Assembly (NCBI GenBank): GCA_043228905.1
Contig: JBHGNT010000020.1
Location: 6,138,001-6,202,000, forward strand
From: Azolla caroliniana
Taxonomy: Eukaryota > Plantae > Polypodiophyta
Length of the DNA stretch: 64,000 nt
Direction of reading: 5' to 3'
This document shows positions 36,389 through 48,456 of this stretch, one piece after another. Under the pieces are notes generated by a model. It saw nothing but the letters and a program-made list of their open reading frames with translations, had not been told where the DNA came from and searched no databases. The position numbers and the translations under genes are program-made. How positions within the stretch are numbered: position 1 is the first letter of the stretch; every line of letters starts with the position of its first letter.

Positions 36389-38613
36389 AAGGGCCGGATA
36401 GTGGGTTCGACGTAGAAGTTATTGTCCCACGGGCGTGCCATGTGTTACCGGCCGACAAGAAGGCTTAAGGAGGTCCAAACCAGAGTGTGAAAAGAATAGT
36501 TATTCGGGAACTGTTGTAATTAGTAGTCTTAGTATATATATATTATTATATAAGAAGATGTGGACGGACGCACCGGAATCAGTATGCCGATCCGGATCCG
36601 GAACGATTCCGTAAAGGTGCCGGTTGGCACCGTTTTTTATTTTGCACTGGAGACCCATATAAAGGCTCGGTTACAATGTAATTAGAAGCGGATAATTAAT
36701 ACTGCTTATTTGTCTTAATCTTCCAGTGTTGATTACCATTCTGTATTCATTGTTATATCTTACGCGTGTTAATTACGGATGGCTAAGTAATCAATTAAGG
36801 TATAATTAAGCGTTGTGTCGTAAGTCATTCTGCCGTACCACCCTTTGGTGACGTGTCTTAAGTGGACACCCTGTGTTAGGCTGTTGTCCGGCCCTAGCGA
36901 TAACAGTCATTCTGCCGTACCACCCTTTGGTGAAGTGTCTTAAGTGGACACCATGTGTTAGGCTGTTGTCTGGACCCTAGGATTAACAACTCTCCTAATC
37001 CGACTCTTCATCCGATTTGGCTCTTGGCTTGTTCAGCCGATCTGGTCCACATTGAGCTTGCTTGCTCAACAAAACTCAACATGAGTCGGATCAACTAAAG
37101 GCCAGTAGGCCGGTCCGGTCGGCTGAAGAAGCTGACAGCCGATGCGGTTGAGTGAAGTCGGCTAAATAAGCCAACAACTATGTCTGTCTAGGATGAGGTT
37201 AATATGCCATTAGAGCCTATATTCCTAGTCTTAGTATTAGGAATATTTTAGTGATTTAGTGTTGTTGGCTCTTTATGAGCATTGAAGTACTGACGATACT
37301 TGTGTTAACCCTCTGTAGGGCTTGTATAAAAGTGCTCTATGACCACACTTGAGTATATAGAGCATATTATATTGAATCCAAGTTTCATTTTTCTCTCTTT
37401 GTCTCTCTCTCCCGGTCCCACTTAATGTATTTATGTTTTTTCCTCTGTGTTTACCTACCTGTGGCATAGCCAACTGTGTTGTTCATAAGCTTCCGCATAG
37501 GAAACTCTTTACATGGTATCAGAGTGCGAGGGTTGAATATCCTCTACTGCCGACAAGTGCTTTCAACAAAAACAAGCATTTGATCTTTGGACAAAGATTC
37601 ATAGGAACATGGACAAAGGAATGGGTAGCTTTCTACCGTTAAAAAAGTTAGGCAAGAGCAACTATGCATCTTGGTTATATAAGATGCATTAGTGCCTGAT
37701 AGGCCACAACTACTAGAGCTACGTGGAAGGAGTAAACGAGGTACCACCAGAGGCGAGATAGAGACTTTCCAGCTTGGGGGCAAGCAACAAGCCAACTCTT
37801 GTATTGCGTCGCCTCATGTGTTCACAATCAGATGCTCGGGTACATAAGGGATGCAAAGTTGCCGAAGGATGCCTGGGGGAACCTGAAGAGGGTCTTCGCC
37901 GCCAACACCACAACTTGCAAGTTGCAGCTTAGACAAGAGCTCAACAACGTCTAACAAGGAAGTATGTCGGTAACTGACTACACCAGAAGGATCAAGGAGA
38001 TCTGTGACTCACTCGGCTCCATCAATGTGATGGTGGACGAAGACGAGATGGTGCAGATCTGTCTTGGCGGTCTAGCTCAGAAGTATGGGTTGATTCGGAT
38101 GGCTGTTTGCACAAGGGAGAAACTGTCGTCATATTTCGACCTGTAGTCGATGTTCCTAATAGAGGAGAACCACACGGGTGCATTGACGAGCATGCACATC
38201 GACATCAATATGTTGTACACGGAGGCAGAGAGGCCCCGTGGTCATGGTGGATGTAGAAAGATACAGGTTGATTCGGACAAAGTCGGATCAAGCATAATTG
38301 ACTCTGGGAGGCAATAGAGATTGCACTACCTTGAAGGCTTAGGAGGAGCCGAAATAGGCCTAGCCTTTGTCATGAAGCACAAATCCAACTCAATGAAGAT
38401 GAGCACCTCGAAGCCGAACAAGGTGTGGTATGTGGATTCCGGAGCTTGCAACCATATGACTAACCATGAAGAATGGTTATCGTATCTAGAGAAGCCGGAG
38501 CAACTAGGGGTCGTTGAAACTGGGGACGACACCGCTCATCCCATCAAACACATCAGAGACATCCCATTGAACCATGTCGCCTAGAATGGGATAATGAGGA
38601 ATGTCTTGCACGT

Positions 38614-39440
38614 TGTCGTGCCTTTCGGCTCCGGATCGTTGCGTGAGTCGGGTGGGAACCACTGAGGTTTTGGACTAGGAGAAAGAAGAATATGAGATGA
38701 GGCTAGTAATGAATAGATTATTAGAAAGAGAGATAGAAATTTCGTGAATCCCACGAGTGTATTGTATTCGATTAATCAATATTTAGATAAGAATATGTAT
38801 TTAGATTGAAAGAAAGATATAAGAAATTTGTGAATCCCACAAGTATAGATTATATTATTTTCGTGAATCCCACGATTATATTAATCGGTTGGTGTTTTCG
38901 GAAATATATCCAATTTCCAAATATTTCACACCCTATTACATTGTGCTCCCCATCCTTATGTAGTGATGGGAGAGACTAAGCATAGCTACATGCTTTTTTT
39001 CTAATATGTTCATGCACACTAAATATGCATGTGATGCTTTTCTAATCCTTGCTTTTATTTGCTAAATATAGTGCTCATGCACGCTAGATGTGCATGAGTC
39101 ACTTTTTTAGTTGCTTGCATTTTTTCTATAAAATATTCACGCACTCTAAAAAATGCATGATTTACCTTTTAATAAAGGTAGGCGTAAATAAAGAAGTTAT
39201 AGTTATTAAATCTATTTATAAAACACTAAAGGTAAGGTAGCATAATGGTAAAGTTGAGGTTTGGCTACGTGGAGGTACAAGGTTCAAATCTTGCCCTATG
39301 CACGTGATAAATATCTTGATATTCTTATTTTATTTATTGGTGATAAATATCTTGATATTCTTATTTCATTTATTTATATGTAATTAAATCGGTTATATTA
39401 TTTTTACTTTTTCACGTAGTGTACGAAATACACTACGACA
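38614..39440 (-). mobile_element. Solo LTR (827 bp) of a Gypsy family-D relative
   Basis: Both ends are reverse complements of the ends of LTR 60712-61605; 4-bp TSD ACGT (38610-38613 / 39441-39444). Confidence 0.92.
39238..39291 (+). promoter_or_regulatory. tRNA-like A-box/B-box pair in solo-LTR U3
   Basis: TAGCATAATGGTAAAG..GGAGGTACAA GGTTCAAATCT; 44-nt spacing. Confidence 0.62.
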
Positions 39441-41398
39441 ACGTCCCAACGATAACCAAGAACCTGGTGTCGGTCAGTTAGATTGTTGACCAAGGTATGC
39501 AAGTTTGGTTCACTCATAAGGGGTGCTTCATTGAAGAAGAAGGCAAGATCATCACACAAGGGCACCGAGAAGGGATGATGTTTATCCTCGAGATGAACGA
39601 CATAGGCACCACTATGTTCGCCAAAGGTCAAAGGGTCGAGTCAGACATCGACTTGTAGCATAAGCAATTTGGCCATGTCAATCTTCCAAAGCTTCAAGAG
39701 ATGCAGTCGAAACAAATAGTCTTCGGCTTGCCTAAGTTCAATGGTCAAAAAGGCCAATTATGTGAAGCTTGTCAGGTAGAGAAGCATCATCAGCTCCATT
39801 CCCCAATGAGTAAAATCGGAGCCGAAATAAGCTCGATTTAATCCATTCGGATGTGTGGAAACCAACACAAAATGTGAGCATCGGAGGAAGTCATTACTTT
39901 GTAACCTTCATTGATGACTACACTCAGCACACTTGGGCGTGCTTGATCGAGAAGAAGAGCTAAGTCTTCTCCTATTTCTTGAAGGTGAAGAGCCTTGTTG
40001 AACGGGAGACAAGCAGAAAGATCAAGTGCCTCAGGTCCGACAATGGGAAAGAATATTTTTCCGACCAGTTCTCTAGTTATTTGTAGAAAGAAGGAATTCG
40101 ACGAGATTTCTCCTGCAAATACACGCCACAGCAGAATGGTGTTGCCGAGAGGAAGAACCGAACAATTGAAGAAGTGAAAAGTGCAATGCTTGAGGAGAAG
40201 AGCATGCCGAAGTTCTACTGGGCCGAACTAGTAAGAACAACTGTATACCTTCAAAATTAGACATTTGTAGCTGGAGGGAAAGTGTTGCCACACGAGCTAT
40301 ACTTTAGGAAGAAGCCGATTCAAGGACACTTGAGGGTGTTTGACAACATCGCATATGTGCATGTGCCGAAAGAGAAAAGGAGGAAGCTAGATGTGAAGGT
40401 GTGAAAGTTAACGCGCGGAGGTGTAGACAACCGGTTCAGCCGGATAGCAATAGAAAAATAGAACTAAGGTTTAATTGAAAGCTTAAATTACACATAGAGA
40501 GTACGTGGGAGAGATAGAGAGAGAGAGTAGAACAACATAAAACTCAAATTACAAAATATCATTCTGTACATACAATGTGCTAAGTGAGCACTTTTATACA
40601 AATCCTTAAAAGTATTGACAAGTACTTCAATGGTCGCACTGAGCTACTGTCACTAACTCCTAGGATAACTACCTAGTAGTCTAGTAGTGTAGACCTCCAA
40701 TGGCCTACCGGTTTGTACGTGGGTTCAGCCCTCCGATCCGGCTCTGGTTTACTCAGCCGATAGGGATCAGGTTAAGGTTTTCTGCTCAACACTCCCCCTC
40801 AAGCTCAACTTGAGGTCGGATCTCAGTGTCAGTCTTTGCCGATCCTTGAAGTTGGCTATTCCTAACGTCTTCTCATCTTGCTAGCACTCCTCGACCCGTC
40901 TGGTCCCACTTTCCACGACCCGTCCGGTTCCACGCACCTCGACCTTCTCGGTTGGCTTGTCTGCTCATAAGGTCCATCTCAACTCCTTCGCTGTTGTGAC
41001 TTCGGCGCTTCTCGACCCGTTGGTTCCTCCGTGTCAGTGTCGACTTCTACTGCCTTCTTTTCCGCTTGGCCTTGAGTTGATTCAACTCCTCCGAATCGGG
41101 TGCCTCCGATTCATTCCAGCTCTTGTCTGAATTGGTTGTCTCCAATTCGTCCTCAATCTTCAGGCCCTTTGGATTCCTTTGATCTCGAGGAAAAGGGAAA
41201 GTGGATCCCTTTGACCCCGAGGAAATAATGAAGGTCCCCTAGGTCCTTCATTTCAAACGCATTTGACAGTTGCTTCACTTGGCCGATTTTAGCAAGTCCG
41301 AGTCTGGTGATGACTAGATCATCCACGTATAACGAGATGCACACTAGACCTTCCAGACCTCTTTGAATGAACAATGAAGAGTCGGACTTCGAGGCTGA

Positions 41399-42726
41399 TG
41401 TTGTGATGTTTCTAACACATAGTGTGAAACCACCCTCGAAAATAAGTAAAATAGTAGTTCAAATAAACTAGTATTGTGAAGTCAACTTTATTGGTAGCAG
41501 AAATACTTTTTCATTTGCCAAAGATAATTCCTTATAAATAAAAGGTCAAAGGATTGAACCTTACTATAAATAATGATGAATATTAAGTTAGAGGCAGTTT
41601 TCAAAAGTAGAGAAAAAGATGGTGAGAAAAAAAAAGAGAGCACGCTTGGATATGAGGAGTACAATAGAGAAAAAAGATCATAATTTGCTCGTCAGATGTC
41701 CAAATTAGAAAAGAAAAGATGCATAAGAAAGATAACCCAAAGGACTAGAAAATAGAAATAGCGAGGAAAAGAAAAGTCGACTCATATAAACAAGCTTTTT
41801 TTTAGGGGGAAAAGGCAAGCAATCCTAAACCTATAAATAAGAGCCTATTCTAGTGAAGAAGGGGGGGAGGGAGAACGAACACGGAAGCTCTACTCAATTG
41901 GAAGGCAAAAGAAGAAGGATCAACAACATCGAGAGGCATCATCAACAAATAATCACCTTCTTCTCTATTCCACTCTCTTCTTTCCTCCACCTTGCTTTCC
42001 TCTTCCTTTATAAATGATCTCTCATATTCATATCAAACCCGTTGTAAAATTGATTCTTATTTTATAAAATAATCTATTATATTGCAATAAAATAATGTTT
42101 GGTTTCACCTATGTATCTTATATGTTATTGTCATTTGTGCTTATTTGTTTGTGTGTCTTGTGACAAGGGAGCGTTTAGGCTTGCCCATGCACCTCTCTTT
42201 TCACAAAAGCATTCAAAACTTTGTCTCTCTTGTGTGTAAGCAAGCCTTTTCCTTGTGTGTCCATGTGTAAGCCTTCCACACATGCATTCGTTCGCCTTGT
42301 GACTAGGGGTTGACTCAGGCTTGCCCATGCACCTCTCCTTTTCACAAACACGTTCGAATACTCGTGCCTTGTTTGTGTAAGCCTTCCTCACGTGTATTTG
42401 TTCGCCTTGTGACTAGGGGTTGATTCGGGGGTTGCCCATGCACCTCTCCTTTTCACAAACACGTTCGAATACTCGTGCCTTGTTTGTGTAAGCCTTCCTT
42501 GTGTGTCCATGTGTAACCCTTCCTCGCGTGCATTCGTTCGCCTTGTGACTAGGGGTTGATTCGGGCCTGCCCATGCACCTCTCCTTTTCACAAACATGTT
42601 CGAATACTCGTGCTTCATTTGTGTAAGCCTTCCTTGCATTGTGCGTGAGAGCCCTATTTCCTTCCCATCCATAACCCCGGTGGTTCCGCCTCACGATCCG
42701 CACATAGCTGGCGGATTTTCACGACA
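41399..42726 (+). mobile_element. Probable solo LTR (1328 bp), TGT(C/T)GT...ACGACA type
   Basis: Termini TGTTGTGA / TCACGACA; CCTATAAATA near 41830; interrupts the B4 RT. TSD is not clean (CTGA / CCAC). Confidence 0.7.
42155..42635. repeat. Four imperfect 110-140-bp tandem repeats in the 3' half of the solo LTR
   Basis: TGCCCATGCACCTCTC recurs near 42182, 42322, 42433 and 42568, with shared GTGACTAGGGGTTGA and TGTGTAAGCCTTCC. Confidence 0.9.
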
Positions 42727-45700
42727 CCACAAACACCATCTTATGAATTCCAAGCTTGGGGGGCTTGCTTCAAGCCGTAGCGCGACTTCTTGAGTTGGCA
42801 AATTGCCGACTTGTTCATCTCTGATTGGAAACCAAGGGGCTGAATCATGTAGAATTGTTCTTCAAGGTCGCCTTGAAGAAACACATTCTTCATGTCCATT
42901 TGGTGAAGATGCCACCCCTTGCCGAAGCAACCACAAACACCACACAGACTGTCAACATCTTCGCTACCGAAGTGAAAGTCTCGTTGTAGTCGATTCCGTG
43001 GGATGTGTGTATCCCTTTGCCACTAGTCGGGGTTTGTACTGGTTGACCGAACCATCGGCATTATACTTTACCTTGGATACCCACTTGCAGTCGATCGGTT
43101 TGTAGTGTCAGGGAGGGTCAACCAGATCCCAGGTGTTGTTCGCATCAAGTGCCCACATTTCTTCCTCCATTGCGGCACGCCAATTCACATATTTCGCCGC
43201 TTCTGCGTAGCTCTCCAACTCACACACTTCTGCCCCTTACGCATAGTGATGCGCCATGTACTCATTATAACTGTACCGCTTGACGAGGTTCTTTTGGTGG
43301 GTAGATCGACGTAACTTCTCGTTAGTTGATTTAAGGGCCCTCTTGGCCGATTCAGACATTGTCTCTGAAGGTTCGTCTATTTTCTTTTTGGAGTTGGATT
43401 TGCTCCAATCCGACTCGCCTCTGCCAGTGTCGTATTCCGACATCTTCTTCTTCCCCTTGTCTTTGCGCGAGAACTGTCTCCTCGATTCCTTGCATAGGGA
43501 GAGCACAACTAAGTCTCCCCTACTTGCTAGCTCATCATAATGCTGGTCTTTCCAACTTAGCTATTCATTTGGCCCGCTCATCTGGAATGAGATCGCACTC
43601 TCATCTCGAGTGCCGAACTCTTCTTCTTCATCTTCTGCCCGGATCATTTCGGGCCCATTGGCCTCATCCTCTATGATCGGGTAGTCGGGGGTCGGAGGAG
43701 AACTTGGTAAGGAGTACCATGAGGTTGACTCATCGAACTCGACATCGTGGCTTACTCAAATTTTTTTGGTCTGGGGGTTATACCACTTATACCTTTTTTG
43801 TTCATGTGAGTAGTCGACCAAAATGCACTTCGCCGACTTCGGGTCCAACTTTCTCCGCTTCTCATCGTGCACATGCACATAGGCAATACTGCTAGATATC
43901 TTATGGTGTCGTAAATTTGGCTTCCACTTGAAATATAGTTCGTGTGCCGACACCTTCTCCCCGATCCGATTTTGGATGTAGACGACTGTCCGAATCGCTT
44001 TGGCCTCGTAGAACTTGGGCATGCTCTTCTCTTTCAACATTGCTCATGCCGCCTCGACGATCGATCAATTCTTCCTCTCAACAATGTTGTTCTATTCCAG
44101 CATGTATCAGTAGCTGAATTCCCGCTGAATTCCTTTCTGCTGCAAATAACTGTTGAATTGGCCGGAAAAGTATTCTTTTTCACCATCCGACTACAAGCAC
44201 TTGATCTTCCTCTTCGTTTCTTGTTTGACTAAATTCTGTAAGTTCCAAAAACAGTCGAAAACTTCGTTTTTCTTTTCGATCAAGTAAATCCATGTGTGTT
44301 GGTTGTCGTCGTCAATGCAAGCGACGAAATATCGGCTCCTGCCAAAACTAACATTCTGTGCTCGTCTCGATACATCCGAATGTATCAAGTCGATCTTGTT
44401 ACGGCTCCGGTTTCACTCGTTGGGGAATGGAAGTCGGTGTTGCTTCCCAAGTTGGTAGGCTTCACAAATTCGGACCTTCCGGCCATTGAATTTTGGTAGT
44501 CCGAACACCACCTGTTTCAACTACAGGTCTTGAAGCCTTTGGTAATTGACGTGCTGATCTGCTTGTGCCACGGGTCAATATCCGCCTCGACCTTCTGTCC
44601 TTTTGCAAACAAAGCGGTGTCGACATCATTGGTGTCGAGGATAAACATACTCTCGTCTCGGTGACCTTGCACGATTATTTGGCCTTCTTCCTCCATCAAG
44701 CACCTAAGATGCGTAAACCGTACCTGCATCCCCCTGATTGACGAGTTGTCCGACCGACACCGGGTTCTTCATAATTGTCAGAACATGTATTACATTCATT
44801 AGCTTTCCCTTTTGGCCGACATGACTCAATGGGACTTCTCTGACACGCTCGATTGGGTGTGGAGTGTCGTGTCTAGTTTCGACAACTCCCGGTTTCTCCG
44901 GCTTTTCCAGATATGAGAACCACTCTTCGTGGCTTGTCATGTGGTTCCACACTTCGGAGTCAACATACTAGACTTCCTCCGATTCGGAAGTGGTCTTCTT
45001 CATCGGGTTCGCCTTGTGCGTCATCACGAAGGATAACCCTTTTCCGGTCTTTCCGGTTCCAGATCCTTCTGATCCTTTTGCGTAGTGCGACCTCTGCCGA
45101 TTCCCTTGTTCGCATTACCGGATCCAGATTTATCTGGATCGGTGCGCTTCTTCTAGCACTCACTTTTTTGGTGGCCTTTCTTGCCACAATACCAACATTC
45201 TCTATCGGCTTTCTATTGATGGTTTCTGATGTCGCATTTGCAAAAGAATAGCGTGCGGAAGCAATAGAAAACCGAACACAGAAACACAGGTTTAATGGAG
45301 AGCTTGAATATACACAATACGCGGGAGAGAGAGAGAGAGAGAGAGAGACCTTTATACAAGTCCATACGGACTGACAAAAGTACTGACACGTACTTCAATG
45401 CTCATAAGTGAGCTCTACACTAACTCCCAAAATATATTCCTTCACGGAATATCTTTCCAATGGCCTCGCGGTTTACGCACTACTACGGCTTCTCGTTGCG
45501 TACCGGTTTACGCATCCGGTTTACGCACCAGTCCGGCCTAATTGATCGATCCCAACTGATCCGGTTCTCGGCTTGCACATCCAATCCGGACAATGTTGAG
45601 CTTGTATCTCAACACTCCCCTTCAAGCTCAACTTGAGGTTCCATCCGCTCTTCCGGATCTACGCTCCGGTTCCTTCTGGCTTCACGCCTAGCTCGCGCTC

Positions 45701-48006
45701 CTTGACCTGTTCGATTCTGCGCGCCTCGATCCTTCCGGTCGGCTTCTCTGCTCACACGGCCCTTCTTAGCTTCTTTGTTGTTGCGGTGTTGGCGCCTCTT
45801 CTACTGCCTTCTCTTTCGCCTGGCCCTTGGTTGATTCAGCGTATCCGAATCGACTCAGCTTCCTCCGATCGGATTTCTCTTTCGTCCGAGTTGGCTGTCT
45901 CCAACTCGTCTTCGGTCTTCTCACCCTTGATGGCTTCGTCTCCCCCACGCTTGGTTGGCTTCGGCTCTTTCTTTCGACTGCTCCCCTTATATCCTCTTTC
46001 GGAATCTTCCGCGGATCCGCCTTGGCTTCTTCAGTCGATCCGAAATCGAATTCGTCATCCAACTCGGTGTCGCGGTCTTCTAGAGCTTCTCAGTGGTCTC
46101 ACCCCCTCAGGTCCGGCAAGTCGAGGTGACGCAACCCAACTGCACCCGAGAATTGCCGCAACTTGTCTAGACCAAGAAGCTTGGTGAAGATGTCGGTGGT
46201 TCGCCGATTCGTCGGAACATACTGAAGTTTTACTTCACCGGAGAGGACACGCTCACAGACGAAATGGTAGTGCACCTCAATGTGCTTAGTCCGGGCGTGG
46301 AAGACGGGGTTCTTTGCTAGCTGGACACTGCTGAGGCTGTCGCAGTAGATTGTCGTTGGATTGGATACCTCCACCTGCAAATCCTTAAGTAGCCGCTGCA
46401 ACAATATGGCTTCGCATGTCGCGACATCCACTCCTCTATACTCGGCTTCGGTGCTCGACAACGCAACTATCGGTTGTTTCTTGCTACTCCACGTGATGGC
46501 GGCACTCCCAATAGAGAACGCGAAACTAGACGTGGATCGGCGATCGACGACGTTGCTGGCCCAGTCGGCATCGGTGTAGCTGACCAACTATGGGGCTGTA
46601 CCGGTCCGATATAGTAGCCCCCGGTCCTTAGTGCCACTTACGTACCGCAATACGCGTTGCACACACTGAAGTTGCTCCTCAGTAGGTCGGGCCATGAACT
46701 GACTAATCACCCCGACCGGGTAGCTGAGATCTAGTCGGGTGATGGTCAAGTATATAAGGCTTCTGACTTTCTGTCGGAACCTCGTCGGGTCGCATACCTG
46801 TCCGGAATCAGGGCGAAGCTTGACGGCTGTATCTAGAGGAGTCGAGACGGACTTACAGTCGGCCATCCCGAATTTGAAGAGCATACTCAGCACGTAATGC
46901 CATTGGTTGATTAGTATGCCTTTGGGGGTGCGAATCACTTCGATCTCGAGGAAGTAATGAAGGTCCCTCAGATCCTTCATGTTGAATGAGATCGCAAGTT
47001 GGAGCTTCACGTGGTCAATCTCACCTAGGTCGGCGCCGGTGATGACCAAGTCATCAACATAAAGTAAAATGCTAACCGGCCCGAGTCGACTTTTCCAGAC
47101 GAATAGTGAGGAGTCCGATTTTGACGTCGCAAAGCCCATCCGACGCAATCGTTGCGTGATCTTCGCGTTCCAGGCACGCGGGGCTTGCTTTAGTCCGTAA
47201 AGGGACTTCTTCAACCGGCACAACGCCAAGGTGTTCATTCCGGAGTGAAATCCGGGGGGCTGTACCATGTACACTTGTTCCTCAAGCTCACCTTGCAGGA
47301 ACACATTCTTTACATCCATCTGATGTAAGTGCCACCTCTGCGTGGGGAATGCACAACCGAGTCTCCACTACCCGCTGGCTCTTCATCGGACTGGTCAATC
47401 CGTCTCAGTCGTCCATTCGGTCCACTTAACCGAAATGAGATCGGACTCTCTTCGAGGGTCCCGATTTCACCCTCATTCAGAGGCACTTCAGCCTCGCTGA
47501 CCTCATCGTCAGAGCTCGGATTGGAGTTGAGGTCCGGAGTCGGAGGCAAGTACCGGGACACGGACTTGTCAAACACAACGTCGCAACTGATGCGAGCTTG
47601 TTTGGTTCAGGGGTTATAGCACTTATAACCCATCTGCTCGTCCGAATAGCCGACTAAGATACACTTCTCAGCTTTCACGTCCAACTTCCTCTGTTTCTCC
47701 TTCGACACATGCACATACGCAATGCTACCGAAAACTCTAAAGTGCCGTAGATTTAGCTTCCTTCCAAAATATAGCTCATGCGCTGACACTTTGTCTCCGA
47801 TCCGATTCTGGATGTACACTGCGGTTCGTACTGCCTCAACCCAATAGAACTTGGGCAAGCTCTTTTCTTCCAGCATTTCTTGTGCTGCTTCCAAAATCGC
47901 CGTTTCGGCCACGCCGTTTTGCTCTGGTGTATATTTGCAACTGAATTCGCGCTGAATTCCCATATGTTGCAGATGTCATGAACACATGACCATTATGGCG
48001 TCACCC

Positions 48007-48061
48007 GGACTTGAACCTCGAACCTTGTAATTCATACTTGAAAACCTCAACCATTAAAATA
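48007..48061 (-). promoter_or_regulatory. tRNA-like A-box/B-box pair in chromovirus U3 (second copy 53293-53347)
   Basis: Minus strand TA(T/C)TTAATGGTTGAGG-like A box..AGGTTCGA GGTTCAAGTCC GGGTGACGCCA; 45-nt spacing. Confidence 0.55.
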
Positions 48062-48384
48062 GCTTATTGTTATATGAAACAATAAAAGCTACTTCTTGTA
48101 TTACATTGATTATTGTAAAAACTCTAGATTATTCTAGAATGTTCTAGAATGTCCTAGAGTATTTTAGGTCTAGAACATTCTAGAACATTCTAGAAATCTC
48201 TAAGCTATTCTATAGGAACCTATAAATAAGTGCATACATGTATTCTCAAATCAATTCGAATCAACACCAGTCTTTAGCTCTCATTACATATCTTGTATCC
48301 ATTCTCTTTCTTTCTCTATCTTATACATCCATTCTTCTCTATCCTTCTTCCATCACTCTACCTTTTATCCTTGGTTCTGACAGT

Positions 48385-48391
48385 TTGATTC

Positions 48392-48396
<5 letters not shown>
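48385..48396 (+). promoter_or_regulatory. Putative self-priming primer-binding site
   Basis: TTGATTCGAATT is the exact reverse complement of AATTCGAATCAA at 48253-48264, which starts 32 nt after the TATA box at 48221. There is no TGG-type tRNA PBS. Confidence 0.75.
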
Positions 48397-48431
<35 letters not shown>

Positions 48432-48456
48432 CCTCCTTTGTAACCATCCTGAAACC

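Larger units (their letters stand above)
18131..36988 (+). mobile_element. Ty3/Gypsy family-A element (non-chromovirus, Athila/Tat-like) with extra 3' ORF, internal duplication and nested Copia
   Basis: LTRs 18131-18592 and 36443-36905, plus an 83-bp duplicated end to 36988. Near-TSD GCTCT / ACTCT. PBS TGGTGACCAC at 18600. Order is gag-PR-RT-RH-INT. Confidence 0.9.
5840..37071 (-). mobile_element. Decayed Copia family-B element B1; own sequence 5840-7015, 13921-18130 and 36989-37071; host to B2 and the Gypsy-A element
   Basis: gag ATG at 17689; PBS (GCTCTGATACC on plus) at 17779-17789; INT, RT and RNase H remnants in minus ORFs. Reading EHLQCVHR|LLRYVSG is continuous across the B2 insertion. 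The 5' LTR is split by the Gypsy insertion at 18131. Confidence 0.8.
37072..40399 (+). mobile_element. Decayed Copia family-B element B3 (5' LTR, gag, PR, INT; cut by B4)
   Basis: LTR 37072-37513 lacks its first ~12 nt. PBS TGGTATCAGAG 37514-37524; gag ATG 37609; WYVDSGACNHM; integrase remnants to 40399. Confidence 0.85.

Noticed and set aside
4630-37071. A single intact Copia from the 4630 LTR to the 37071 LTR end
   Set aside because: The two LTRs differ strongly, the flanks (CCATT vs AAACT) are not a TSD, and a rearranged junction lies at 5279-5840.
39231-39300. Functional tRNA genes at the A/B-box sites
   Set aside because: No consistent acceptor or anticodon stem can be folded and all copies lie inside LTRs; kept only as promoter-like cassettes.
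41548-41612. Possible further antisense cassette in the 41399 solo LTR (minus strand GGTTCAATCC)
   Set aside because: The B box is one base short and the A box is too degenerate to support.
42131-42703. Repetitive minus-strand ORFs (RKAYTNKARVFERVCEKERCMG)
   Set aside because: They are translations of the tandem repeats inside a solo LTR, and the frames shift between units.
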